In this document: positions 1 through 9,398 of the stretch, one piece after another
Layout: each line of letters opens with the position of its first letter
Numbering within the stretch: the first letter of the stretch is position 1
DNA from: Candidatus Omnitrophota bacterium
GTDB lineage: Bacteria; Omnitrophota; Gorgyraeia; Zapsychrales; Fredricksoniimonadaceae
NCBI GenBank assembly: GCA_015228785.1
Contig: JADGCU010000002.1
Span: 16,509 to 80,508, forward strand
Length of the DNA stretch: 64,000 bases
Reading direction: 5' to 3'
The notes under the pieces: model-generated
The model's database searches: none
What the model was told of the DNA's origin: nothing
The model's input: only the letters and a program-made list of their open reading frames with translations
Position numbers and translations under genes: made by a program

Positions 1-1
1 G

Positions 2-787
2 ATCGTTTTTATGAAGGCCCTGAATCTCGAGGCCCCCTTTGGCAAGGTTTGCCGGTATTATTTTATTGGGCTTTTTTGTAATCTTTTCCTGCCATCCTCT
101 ATTGGCGGGGATGTGATCAAGGCTGTTGGCCTTTCCCGTCGGGTTGGACAGAAAGCCAAGGTGTTTGCGTCTGTTGTTCTTGATCGTTTGAGTGGGTTTG
201 CGGGGCTCGTGATCGTGGCGCTTGTGTCTTATTTGATCGGGAGCACGATCATTGACGCGCCCTCGGTGATTGTACCGATTGCGATCCTGACTGTTTTGTC
301 GCTTGTTATCGGGGGTGTCTTATTTAGCAAGAGGATCTATGCTCTTGGGTGCAAAGTTTTTATTAAGATCCCGCGGCTTCATAAGGCTCTTATGGATATG
401 CATGCGGATGTCATGCTCATGAAGGGAAGAAAGCGCAATGGTTTTGGATGTATTGGCCTTTCCTGTATCATTCAGGTCTTGGGAGCGTATTTGTATTATT
501 TGATCGGCCTTGCACTTCATATTAAGGCTAGTTTTCTTCATTATTTGATTTTTGGACCTATTGTGAGCGCGGTGACTTTTTTGCCATCGATCGGGGGCCT
601 GGGGGTGCGTGAGATCGGGTGGGTTTATTGTTTGCATAAAGTCGGAGTGGATAAAGAATTGGCCGCGGGTTTAAGTCTGATCAGTTTCTTTTTCATGATC
701 ATTATTGGCTTGGTCGGAGGGATGGTCTATGTCGCGACATTTTCTCATCGACGGGTACAATGTGATCCGTCAGATCTCAAGCCTTGA
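2..787 (+). CDS. Lysylphosphatidylglycerol synthase TM-region / flippase-like membrane protein (UPF0104); probably 5'-truncated by the window edge
   Basis: Multi-TM ORF with motifs FLPSSIGGD, LDRLSG and PSIGGLGVRE; frame is open to the window start. Confidence 0.8.
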   Translation: MVFMKALNLEAPFGKVCRYYFIGLFCNLFLPSSIGGDVIKAVGLSRRVGQKAKVFASVVLDRLSGFAGLVIVALVSYLIGSTIIDAPSVIVPIAILTVLSLVIGGVLFSKRIYALGCKVFIKIPRLHKALMDMHADVMLMKGRKRNGFGCIGLSCIIQVLGAYLYYLIGLALHIKASFLHYLIFGPIVSAVTFLPSIGGLGVREIGWVYCLHKVGVDKELAAGLSLISFFFMIIIGLVGGMVYVATFSHRRVQCDPSDLKP

Positions 788-1235
788 TGATAAATCGCTT
801 GAGGGCGGGAGGGCATGGCTTGTTCGTTTCATCCAGGACAATGGACCTCAAGGGAGCTTGCGCAACCCTGTGACCGTTGTTTTTGATGGTCAGGAGGGGA
901 TTTCATTCTCGGACTTTCCATCTGGTGTAAAAGTTGTTTTTTCCCGGGGAGAGAGCGCTGATGATGTGATCAAGCGTCTTATTGAGGAAAGCTCTACCCC
1001 GCGGGATATCGTTCTTGTGACAGATGATCGCGATCTTTTATATTTCTGCAGGACATTAGGAGCTGAGATCTGGAGCGTGGACCGTTTCTTAACCCAGGGG
1101 AAAAAGACTGGGCAGCGACTTCGCAGTGGTGTGGCGCGTTCTCGTTCACCTAAGGTTGAGGGGAAGGCTATTCCCCGTGTATTTGAGGACAGGGTTAATC
1201 GCGAGCTTAAGGCTCTTTGGTTGAAAAAGAAATAA
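729..1235 (+). CDS. NYN-domain (YacP/Rae1-like) ribonuclease
   Basis: Motifs IDGYN, VVFDG, SADDVI and LVTDDR; ATG 729 chosen as start. Confidence 0.85.
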   Translation: MSRHFLIDGYNVIRQISSLDDKSLEGGRAWLVRFIQDNGPQGSLRNPVTVVFDGQEGISFSDFPSGVKVVFSRGESADDVIKRLIEESSTPRDIVLVTDDRDLLYFCRTLGAEIWSVDRFLTQGKKTGQRLRSGVARSRSPKVEGKAIPRVFEDRVNRELKALWLKKK

Positions 1236-1288
1236 GTTGTGAGACTTCTCGTCAAATCCATATCCCTTCGATATAATAAGATCATCTT

Positions 1289-2053
1289 ATGATAAATGCT
1301 GTTTTTCATCCCATTACACGTTTGGGGCAGGCCTCACTCCTTCTTGGCGAGGTTTTTTCCAATATTCTTCGAGGACGCATTCGCTGGAAAGAGGTCTTTA
1401 AGCAGATCTATGACCAGGGGGTTCAGTCTCTTGTGATTGTGATGCTGGTTTCTTTTGCGTGTGGCGCGGTTCTCGCGATGCAGGCGCGGGTCACGATGGA
1501 GCGTTTTGGCGCTAAAGAGTTTATTGCTCAGCTTGTTGTGCTTTCTTTGGTGCGTGAACTGACCCCGGTTTTTACAGCCCTCGTCTTCTCTGGGAAATCA
1601 GGTGCGGGCATGGCTTCTGAATTGGGGACCATGAGTGTTAATAATCAGATCCAGGCCACGCGTACGCTTGGTGTCGACCCGGTGGAATTTTTGGTTGTCC
1701 CCAGGATGATCGCGTGTTTCTTTGTATTGCCTCTTTTAGTTGTGATTGGTGAACTTGTCGGGATCTTTGGGGGTTATGTCATTGCTGTCTGGGAGGCCCG
1801 TATTCCAGGTTCATATTATATTTCTCAAACGATCAATGCTGTCGGGTATATTGATTTCTTTACAGGTTTTTCCAAGGTGTTCTTTTTTTCGATTCTTATT
1901 GGATGGATTTCGTGCTTCCAGGGGTTCTTTACGTCGGGGGGATCGCTGGGAGTGGGGCGTTTCACGACAAAGGCCGTGGCGTTGTGTTATGTAGCCGTGA
2001 TTGTGTCGAACACGATTTTAACAAAGATTATTTTGACATTCTGGGGGAACTAA
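1289..2053 (+). CDS. mlaE: MlaE-family ABC permease
   Basis: Motifs RELTPVFTAL, ASELGTM and PVEFLVVPR. Confidence 0.9.
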   Translation: MINAVFHPITRLGQASLLLGEVFSNILRGRIRWKEVFKQIYDQGVQSLVIVMLVSFACGAVLAMQARVTMERFGAKEFIAQLVVLSLVRELTPVFTALVFSGKSGAGMASELGTMSVNNQIQATRTLGVDPVEFLVVPRMIACFFVLPLLVVIGELVGIFGGYVIAVWEARIPGSYYISQTINAVGYIDFFTGFSKVFFFSILIGWISCFQGFFTSGGSLGVGRFTTKAVALCYVAVIVSNTILTKIILTFWGN

Positions 2054-2385
2054 TGAGAAAAATTGGATTGATATGTTTATGGGTGTTGCTGGTTCCTTTT
2101 ATGGGGTGTGTGACGACCCCTAAGGCGGGCGATGCGGATGCGTCGTATGCTAAGGTTTCGGATGAGCCTGAGTGGATTCGCAATGGCGAGCCGGTTGAAT
2201 TTGAAGGAGAGATGTGGTATCCGACGGATGAACTTGAGAATCTTTTGTCATCTGAGGTGTATCTCATGGGGGAGTTTCGTGGTGTTCGGTTTTTTATTGA
2301 TCGGGCTGATGTGAAGCCATTGGTTAGGTTATATACTTATTTCGGGAAAAACCGGTACCGCGCCTTTGAAAAGCGGCGGCAGTAG
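2053..2385 (+). CDS. Hypothetical lipoprotein inside the Mla/MCE operon
   Basis: ATG overlaps the mlaE stop; signal MRKIGLICLWVLLVPFMG-C has a lipobox-like Cys. Confidence 0.65.
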   Translation: MRKIGLICLWVLLVPFMGCVTTPKAGDADASYAKVSDEPEWIRNGEPVEFEGEMWYPTDELENLLSSEVYLMGEFRGVRFFIDRADVKPLVRLYTYFGKNRYRAFEKRRQ

Positions 2386-2387
2386 CC

Positions 2388-3104
2388 ATGATCTCTGTTG
2401 CTCATCTTTCCAAGAGTTTCGGCGGGCAGGTTGTTCTGGACCAGATTTCTTTTGAGGTTCCCTCTGGTCAAGTGCTTGTTGTGCTGGGGCCGAGCGGAAC
2501 CGGCAAGAGCGTTCTTCTCTTGCAGTTGGTGGGCTTGATGGCTCCTGATGAGGGGACGATCACAATTGACGGTGTTCAATTAGCGGATCTCTCGGGGCGC
2601 GATCTTTTAAAATTTCGACAGAATATCGGGTATTTATTTCAGGATAGCGCCCTTTTTGATTTTATGACAGTTGCGGAGAACTTGGCTTTTCCCCTTAAGG
2701 AGCATACGCGGCTTAAGACGGGTGAGATCGATGCCCGGGTTGAGGAATACTTGAAGGATGTTGATATGGCGGGGTCTGGGGATAAATATCCGTCAGAGCT
2801 TTCAGGGGGCATGCGTAAGCGAGTGGCCCTTGCACGTGCGCTTATTATGGACACGAAGGTTTTATTGTGCGATGAGCCGACATCAGGTCTTGATCCGATA
2901 CGCAGCCGGGACATTTCTCTTTTAATTCGTGATCTTTCGAAAAAGAAGAATATGACAACGATTATCACCTCGCATGATGTGAAGAATTCGTTTTTGGTCG
3001 CAGATCGTCTTTTTGTGTTGAATCAGGGCCGCATTGCGGCGCAAGGCCGGGAGGAAGACCTCCGGCGTTCGGGAGATCCGATGGTGAAGGAATTCTTGAG
3101 TTAA
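2388..3104 (+). CDS. mlaF: MlaF-family ABC ATPase
   Basis: Walker A GPSGTGKS, FQDSALFD, LSGGMRKRVALARA, DEPTSGLDP. Confidence 0.9.
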   Translation: MISVAHLSKSFGGQVVLDQISFEVPSGQVLVVLGPSGTGKSVLLLQLVGLMAPDEGTITIDGVQLADLSGRDLLKFRQNIGYLFQDSALFDFMTVAENLAFPLKEHTRLKTGEIDARVEEYLKDVDMAGSGDKYPSELSGGMRKRVALARALIMDTKVLLCDEPTSGLDPIRSRDISLLIRDLSKKKNMTTIITSHDVKNSFLVADRLFVLNQGRIAAQGREEDLRRSGDPMVKEFLS

Positions 3105-3109
3105 AGCCT

Positions 3110-3703
3110 ATGGCAAACAATGACATCTTAAAACAGTTTTGGGCCGGGATCTTTTCGATCTTGGGGTTGGGTGTTGTGATCGGCGTCATTTTGTTTATTG
3201 GGATCCAGAAGGGTCTGGCGGAGCCGAAATTTCCACTTGAGGTTATTTTTGAGAAGGTAAGCGGTCTTTCTGAGAATGCTCCTGTGCGTTTGTCGGGGGT
3301 GACGGTGGGGGCTGTTTCGAGAATTGATTTTCTGGAGGAAGAGGTTATGGGGCGGGGGCTTAAGGTGACGCTCGAGATATACAAGAGGTTTGAGCGTCAG
3401 ATCGCGCGTTCGACAAAGATCTCGATCTTTACCGAGGGCGTTCTCGGCGCCAAATATGTGGAGATTGGGCGTGTGACAGGGGCGACGCCTATTGATATTT
3501 CGAAGCCCGTGATCGGGGAGCCGTTATTGGATGTTTATGACATTGCCGAGGTTTTACAGGATACGGCAAGTTCTTTTAATCAGACGACGCATGGTATTGA
3601 TGCGATTATGCATGAGTTGCAGTATATTTCTTTGAAGACCAAGCGTCTTTTGGATCGGATCGAGCAGCGCACGATTGATGGAAGTCTTTTTAAGGTGTTT
3701 TGA
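3110..3703 (+). CDS. mlaD: MCE/MlaD-family protein
   Basis: N-terminal TM; SGLSENAPVRLSGVTVGAV and TEGVLGAKYVEI MCE motifs. Confidence 0.85.
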   Translation: MANNDILKQFWAGIFSILGLGVVIGVILFIGIQKGLAEPKFPLEVIFEKVSGLSENAPVRLSGVTVGAVSRIDFLEEEVMGRGLKVTLEIYKRFERQIARSTKISIFTEGVLGAKYVEIGRVTGATPIDISKPVIGEPLLDVYDIAEVLQDTASSFNQTTHGIDAIMHELQYISLKTKRLLDRIEQRTIDGSLFKVF

Positions 3704-3725
3704 TAGGGATGAAAGAGGGTGATGT

Positions 3726-4763
3726 ATGGTGTTTCCTTTTTTGAAGAGTCTTTCGCCGTGGCTTAGTATTCCTCTTGTTTTTTGGGTTTGGGTATTGATC
3801 CTCTCTATTGTCAAGAAGATCGTCTTTTCGATGGCAAAGAAATTTGCTGAAAAGACCAAGACAAAGCTTGATGATGTTCTTTTTTCTGCACTTGATCTTC
3901 CAGTTCAGCTCTTGATCTATGCCAGCGGTGCTTTTGTGATCCAGGGTCTTGTGCCCAGAGCGGATTCTCATTTGTTTAAATTCTTTTTTGACGGATTTAA
4001 GATCATCGCTATTATCGCGACGGTTCTTTTTGTGGACAAGTTTCTTAACGGGTTAATTAAACTGTACGCTGAGAAGGTAGAGATTCTCAAGGCTTCGGGC
4101 GGCTTTGTTCATGGTGTTGTGAGAGCTCTTATCATGGGGATTGGAGGGCTCATTATCCTTGATAGTATTGGCGTCTCGATCACGCCGATCATTGCCTCCC
4201 TTGGGATCGGGTCATTAGCTGTTGCTCTTGCGCTTCAGCCGACTTTAGAGAATTTCTTTTCTGGGATTCAGCTTGTTGCTGATAAGCCGATCCAGGTCGG
4301 CCAGTTCATCAAGCTTGAGTCAGGTGAGGAGGGTTTTGTTCATAAGATCGGGTGGCGATCGACTTGGATCACGATGGTGAACAACAATACGGTTGTGATG
4401 CCAAATAAAATGATCGTGAATTCCAGAGTTACAAATTATTCATATCCTAATTCCGAAGTTGTTATTCCTTTCGCGATCAGTGTGAGCTATGCGGCGGACC
4501 TTGATCAGGTGGAACGGGTGACGCTGGATGTGGCCCGGGAAATTCTTAAGGTTGTTCCTGGTGGGCTTAAGCATTTTGAGCCTGTTTTTCGTTATGGGGT
4601 TTTGGGGGAGTTCAGTATTAATTGTACGGTGGCGTTACGAGTGGGCGATATTAATGCTGTGGCCCTGATCAAGCATGAGTTCATCAAGCGGCTTCAAAAG
4701 CGCTATGCCCAGGAGAAAATTGAAATCCCTTTTCCTACCCGGACGATTGTTCAGGCGTCGTAA
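3726..4763 (+). CDS. mscS: Small-conductance mechanosensitive channel (MscS family)
   Basis: ASLGIGSLAVALALQPTLENFFSG, KPIQVGQFI, IGWRST and IEIPFP. Confidence 0.9.
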   Translation: MVFPFLKSLSPWLSIPLVFWVWVLILSIVKKIVFSMAKKFAEKTKTKLDDVLFSALDLPVQLLIYASGAFVIQGLVPRADSHLFKFFFDGFKIIAIIATVLFVDKFLNGLIKLYAEKVEILKASGGFVHGVVRALIMGIGGLIILDSIGVSITPIIASLGIGSLAVALALQPTLENFFSGIQLVADKPIQVGQFIKLESGEEGFVHKIGWRSTWITMVNNNTVVMPNKMIVNSRVTNYSYPNSEVVIPFAISVSYAADLDQVERVTLDVAREILKVVPGGLKHFEPVFRYGVLGEFSINCTVALRVGDINAVALIKHEFIKRLQKRYAQEKIEIPFPTRTIVQAS

Positions 4764-4850
4764 ATAGAGGCCTTTCGTTATTATTCATCAGGCCAGTAGT
4801 TTCTATTGTTTTCCTTAATATCAGCGACGGTTTCTTCTTGTCTCCCTTGT

Positions 4851-4879
4851 TTGATAATGCTGTATATATATGTTATATT
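4851..4879 (+). promoter_or_regulatory. Putative sigma70 promoter of the 1083-aa gene
   Basis: TTGATA-17 nt-TATATT with extended -10 TG. Confidence 0.5.
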
Positions 4880-4931
4880 TTATTTGGATTTGTGAGGTGG
4901 AGAGATTCTATCTTTAATAAAGAGGTTTCCT

Positions 4932-7900
4932 ATGGTTTATACTCATTTCTTTAAGGGTATTCATGCGCGCCTGACGGCCGTATGTGTTCTGACGTGTTTC
5001 ATTATAACGACCGTATTTCCCAGTGCGGTTATGGCCCAGATCCTTTTGCCAGAGCCTGGCACCATGGTGGGCGTGACCAGTGCCTTCACGCCAGCGCTTC
5101 TTAAAGGCGTGCAACTGGATGCCAAGGATCCCCTTCGCTTCAATTTTATCGTGACCCCAGGGGATGAAAAACTGGACCAGAACGGCTTAGAACAAGAGGG
5201 CATGCGCTTTGTTCGTTATTTCATGGCCGGGCTCACTCTTCCTGAAGACACGCTTTGGGTCAACTTGTCACCACATGAAAAAGATCGCATTATTGATGAT
5301 GGTTTTGCCAGGACCGAAATGGGTGAGGCCCTTCTTTCGGAGGATTATATTCTCAAGCAACTTGTTTCTTCTCTTTCCTATCCTGATAGCGATCTGGGTA
5401 AGAAATTCTGGGCTCGTGTCTATGCGGAAGCTGAAAAGCGTCTGGGAACAACAGATATTCCGGTTGAAGCTTTTAACAAGGTGTGGATCGTGCCTGAAAA
5501 GGCGGTCATCATTGAGCAGGGTGCGGGCGCTTTTGTGGCCACGACCCATCTTAAGGTTATGCTGGAGCGTGATTATGTGGCTGAGAAGGCGACGGACAGC
5601 TACGCCTCGAGTAATGTGGTGACGGTTGATCCGGTAACACCTCAGCGCGAGGCTTCTGAAATTGCAGCGCGTGAGATCCTGATCCCGATCCTTGAGAACG
5701 AGGTGAATGAAGGATCTTCTTTTGGCGCCCTGCGGCAGATCTACAACGCGATGGTCTTGGCAGCCTGGTATAAAAAGGCACTTAAAGAATCGATATTAGG
5801 GAAGGTGTATGCGGATCAGGCCAAGTTGGCGGGTATTGATAGGGCAGATCCTGTGATGAAGGAAAAGATCTATCAGCAGTATCTCGCGGCGTTCAAGGCG
5901 GGTGCGTATAACATGGTCAAGGAGGAGACCTCACCGAGCGGGGACGTGATTCCGCGCAAGTATGTTTCCGGCGGTTTGGGTATGCAGCATGTGGCGGACA
6001 CGACGGAAAAGATCACGCCTGCCATGGCAACTCCAGCACAGAAAACCGCTGTTTTGGATCATGCTGATGATGCCCAACAGCTTGTCGTCAAGTTTGGAAG
6101 GCCAGCCCTGGCGGTGTCGAAGAAGCCGGACGAATCTGTGGGAAAGGTGACTCAGGTGGCTCGGGTGATCCAGGTGATTGAAGCCGGGAAAGGTACTTTG
6201 GCCGATGGGCAGATCCTTGGTCGTGAGCTTTTGGCTCTCAAGGGACCGGCGGAACCCGCGATGCTGAATATTCTTTCGGACTTACGGGCCATGATTGCTG
6301 GTGAGTGGAGCCGTGTGTCCGCTGTTCTTAAGGGCGAGAAAATCGCTTTGGCGGCCCAGGTTCAGGGAGCGGGTCGGATCATGCGTGCTTTGAATGGTGC
6401 TCTGGCGCCAGTTGAAAGTAGAGGGGGCATCACGAGGAATCAGTTTCTTAAAGGGGCGCTTGCGGTCGCCGCAGGTCTTGTGATGGCCGGATGCGAAGTC
6501 GGTCAGCCGGGTGGTGAAGATCAAGGTGGCGGGATCTGGAAGTCAGGCGAGATGCAGGATCTTGTGGAAAAAGGGCCCATGGTTCACTGGACGTGGCAAA
6601 AAACAGATCCCAACGCATGGCTAGGGTGGGGGCGCGGGGTTGAGATGTCAGGTGATGTGAAGGATGCCCTGAGTAGTGCAGAAGAATATACACAGCCTTC
6701 TTACGGAGATCTCGTGGTCACCATACCGTCGCAGATTATGAGGGGGACTGCGGTGGCCATTTTGGAAGATATGCAAAAGGTCCGACCGGCACCGAATGGG
6801 GAGTCTATTGGCATGGAGGTCGGGTTCCCGCTGAGGGAAGGCGTGACGACTGTTTCGTTGCAGGATCTTGCCGCCAGGGCTCCGGGTTTTAAATTTTCTC
6901 AGCTCAAGCAGGTCAAGTTCCAGGCCACTTCTCCGACGGGTGAGATCATTGTCGGCCCTGCCACGATCACGCAAGGATCAGCGGCCAGTTCTGAATTCGC
7001 GATGAAGGTGTCATTTTCCCAGGTCGCTGTTTTTATGGCAGCCCTTTCCACATCGGTTTTACTCTGGACGACTCCCAAACATGCCGATTCCGATAAGCTC
7101 AAAGTTTTTGATGTTATCAATAGTGCGCCGCATTATAACTGGCATGGTTCTTTATCGTATCTTTCCTGGATCCCGGAATCTGTGAGCCGTGATATTTTTA
7201 AGGAGATCATCAGGCAGTATCCCAAGACTGAGCAGGCGCGTCGGGCTCAGGCATTCTTGGATGTTCCCCCGACGAGCGATGTAAAGTCCGGAATTCCTTT
7301 TCGGGCCCTCGCTGAGGCGGCCAAAACGGGGCATTTAAAGGTTATTGTGGATTCTAAGGATTTCAATTTAGTGAATTTAATAGTCGAGAAGGCGATGACG
7401 GCGCAAGCTATTGAAAAAACCCTTAGGGATGCGATGGGCCCGACAAAACCGGTGGTAACGGTCTCGCTCGGAGAGAAGCGTTATCCTCTCGGGTTTAATG
7501 TTAACGGGGCGACCGGAAAGATAGACATTAATCTCAAGGAGGTTCGCGTCCCGCAGTTCCTTAATGAAGTCGAGCGCACATTTACGCTGAGTGGCGAAAA
7601 GTGGGCAATGGCCAAGGCGCAATTGAGTCAGGGGCTTACGCAGCCGGAACCTGCGATGCAGGCGGAGGAGATAGCGGTGACCGATTTCTCATTTGATGGT
7701 GAAAAGGCCGCTACGTTTCATTTAAGCAAGAAATTACCGGAAGACATGAGGGGACGGGAAGCCCTTTTGGTTGATGCCAGCGGCAAAACCATATGGGATG
7801 TCACCCGTGATGTTGAGAAGAGTCCTTTTCAAGATACGCTTCGTGTTCTTTCGGGACAGGCTCCGGCTAATGCAGGAGTCCAACTTCGGCTGGTTATCCG

Positions 7901-8183
7901 TGGTTTTATGGGGGGGAGTGATGAGCAGGGCGCAGCCCCTGGCGAGACGGTGTTGCGCGAGCAGTCCGGTATCTCTGACGATACCCAACGGGTCGATGAG
8001 CCGATCCAGGGTGGTATCGATCTGACGCGTGAATATGATCTGCAGATCAAGCGCGATGGCAATGGCATGCCGCTGCCGGTTTATCAGCAGCCGATCGTCA
8101 CTATGAAGATCGACGGGTTTTCTGCGATCTTGATTAATTCTGTACCTGTGGATCTTGCGGCCTTGGTTGGGTTTAGAAGGTGA
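4932..8183 (+). CDS. Large modular secreted hypothetical protein: conserved-looking N-terminal domain, variable middle, C-terminal GGIDL...QIKRDGNG motif
   Basis: 1083-aa ORF with SD AGAGG, N-terminal signal peptide (…PSAVMA|Q), and its own promoter and terminator; resembles an Omnitrophota-expanded family from recall. Confidence 0.8.
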   Translation: MVYTHFFKGIHARLTAVCVLTCFIITTVFPSAVMAQILLPEPGTMVGVTSAFTPALLKGVQLDAKDPLRFNFIVTPGDEKLDQNGLEQEGMRFVRYFMAGLTLPEDTLWVNLSPHEKDRIIDDGFARTEMGEALLSEDYILKQLVSSLSYPDSDLGKKFWARVYAEAEKRLGTTDIPVEAFNKVWIVPEKAVIIEQGAGAFVATTHLKVMLERDYVAEKATDSYASSNVVTVDPVTPQREASEIAAREILIPILENEVNEGSSFGALRQIYNAMVLAAWYKKALKESILGKVYADQAKLAGIDRADPVMKEKIYQQYLAAFKAGAYNMVKEETSPSGDVIPRKYVSGGLGMQHVADTTEKITPAMATPAQKTAVLDHADDAQQLVVKFGRPALAVSKKPDESVGKVTQVARVIQVIEAGKGTLADGQILGRELLALKGPAEPAMLNILSDLRAMIAGEWSRVSAVLKGEKIALAAQVQGAGRIMRALNGALAPVESRGGITRNQFLKGALAVAAGLVMAGCEVGQPGGEDQGGGIWKSGEMQDLVEKGPMVHWTWQKTDPNAWLGWGRGVEMSGDVKDALSSAEEYTQPSYGDLVVTIPSQIMRGTAVAILEDMQKVRPAPNGESIGMEVGFPLREGVTTVSLQDLAARAPGFKFSQLKQVKFQATSPTGEIIVGPATITQGSAASSEFAMKVSFSQVAVFMAALSTSVLLWTTPKHADSDKLKVFDVINSAPHYNWHGSLSYLSWIPESVSRDIFKEIIRQYPKTEQARRAQAFLDVPPTSDVKSGIPFRALAEAAKTGHLKVIVDSKDFNLVNLIVEKAMTAQAIEKTLRDAMGPTKPVVTVSLGEKRYPLGFNVNGATGKIDINLKEVRVPQFLNEVERTFTLSGEKWAMAKAQLSQGLTQPEPAMQAEEIAVTDFSFDGEKAATFHLSKKLPEDMRGREALLVDASGKTIWDVTRDVEKSPFQDTLRVLSGQAPANAGVQLRLVIRGFMGGSDEQGAAPGETVLREQSGISDDTQRVDEPIQGGIDLTREYDLQIKRDGNGMPLPVYQQPIVTMKIDGFSAILINSVPVDLAALVGFRR

Positions 8184-8206
8184 GACTTGAGAGTCAGAAG
8201 TTGATC

Positions 8207-8240
8207 AAGGGCGGCTTTGTATGACAGAAGCCGCCTTTTT
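8207..8240 (+). terminator. Intrinsic terminator
   Basis: AGGGCGGCTT...AAGCCGCCTT hairpin followed by a T-run. Confidence 0.75.
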
Positions 8241-8303
8241 AATTGAATTTTAAAAGAATATTAGTATATTGTGACTATTCATTAACATATAAAGGGTGGT
8301 CTG

Positions 8304-8597
8304 ATGTTTGTTCTATCAAATCTGTTTACAGCAATAGCCAAGGTCTGTGACATAGGGCTGACTATTTTTTATTGGCTGATTCTGGTTAGGGCTCTTAGTA
8401 GTTGGCTTAATCCTGACCCCATGAATCCGATTGTTCAGTTCTTGGAGCGCACGACGGAACCTATCCTTGCCCCTATTCGAAGGATTCTTCCGCCAATGGC
8501 TATTGATATTTCACCGATTATTGCTTTTTTGATCGTGATCTTTTTAAGGCATTTTCTGGTGGCTACGCTGTATGATGTTTCTTTCTCGGTTCGCTGA
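8304..8597 (+). CDS. yggT: YggT-family membrane protein
   Basis: SWLNPDPMNP...TEPILAPIRR...IDISPI. Confidence 0.9.
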   Translation: MFVLSNLFTAIAKVCDIGLTIFYWLILVRALSSWLNPDPMNPIVQFLERTTEPILAPIRRILPPMAIDISPIIAFLIVIFLRHFLVATLYDVSFSVR

Positions 8598-8699
8598 TGC
8601 CGGATGAGAACATACTTGCCAAAGGGTGTATTTTAGAGTATAAGAGTGCGTTGTTATTTGTCGGTTTTCATGGATTGCTTTGTTGATGAGGAGATTCTT

Positions 8700-8999
8700 A
8701 TGTTCGATCAGATGAAAAAGCTTATGGACCTTAAGAAGCAGGCTGATAATCTTAAGCGCGAGCTTGAAAAGGTCACCATTGAGTATAATGAAGTGCGTGG
8801 TTTTAAGATCAAGCTGAATGGCGCCCAGATGTTTCAGTCGATTGAAGTTGAGGATAGCTGGCTGGATCCTAAGCAGAAGAGTCGTTTTCAGGTTGAGATT
8901 GTAAGGGCCGTGAACATGGCCATTAAAAAGTCTCAGAAAGAGGCGGCTGTTCAGATGCAGAAGATAGGTGGCCTTAATATTCCAGGGCTTACGAGCTAA
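8700..8999 (+). CDS. YbaB/EbfC nucleoid-associated protein
   Basis: SD GAGGAG before ATG 8700; MFDQMKKL...IKLNG...AVNMAIKK...GGLNIPGL pattern. Confidence 0.75.
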   Translation: MFDQMKKLMDLKKQADNLKRELEKVTIEYNEVRGFKIKLNGAQMFQSIEVEDSWLDPKQKSRFQVEIVRAVNMAIKKSQKEAAVQMQKIGGLNIPGLTS

Positions 9000-9096
9000 G
9001 ATCACTAAATCCTGCTTTTGTGCAGGATCAATTCGCCGGGCTGTGTATGTTCGCATATGGCCTCATACGTGGCCGGCTCATATAAGGGGGAATACA

Positions 9097-9330
9097 ATGC
9101 CTTACGATAAGTCACTGGATGTTGAAATTTTCAAAGAGATCAAGGAATTCGATGGCACGCGCGTGACGGTTGGCGTGTTCTCATACAATGGTGGAGAGAA
9201 GAAGATGCAGGTTGGCCGCGAGAATCAGGATGCTTCCGGCGAATGGCGTTTTAGCAAGCTTGGGCGCATGACCAAGAATGAAGTTCAGGATGTTGTTCCG
9301 GTCATGATGAAGGCTGTTGAGAGAATGTAA
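9097..9330 (+). CDS. Small PC4/YdbC-like putative ssDNA-binding protein
   Basis: SD AAGGGGG before ATG 9097; V-x-V-x-SYNGGEKKMQVGR...W...KLGRM pattern. Confidence 0.55.
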   Translation: MPYDKSLDVEIFKEIKEFDGTRVTVGVFSYNGGEKKMQVGRENQDASGEWRFSKLGRMTKNEVQDVVPVMMKAVERM

Positions 9331-9344
9331 GATTGTAAAATAAG

Positions 9345-9398
9345 GGGCATAGGCCATAAGGCACAAGATAATTTTCTTGTGCCTTTTGCCTTGTGTCT
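9345..9398. repeat. Heptamer-periodic palindromic repeat
   Basis: GGGCATA GGCCATA AGGCACA ... TGTGCCT TTTGCCT TGTGTCT. Confidence 0.65.
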
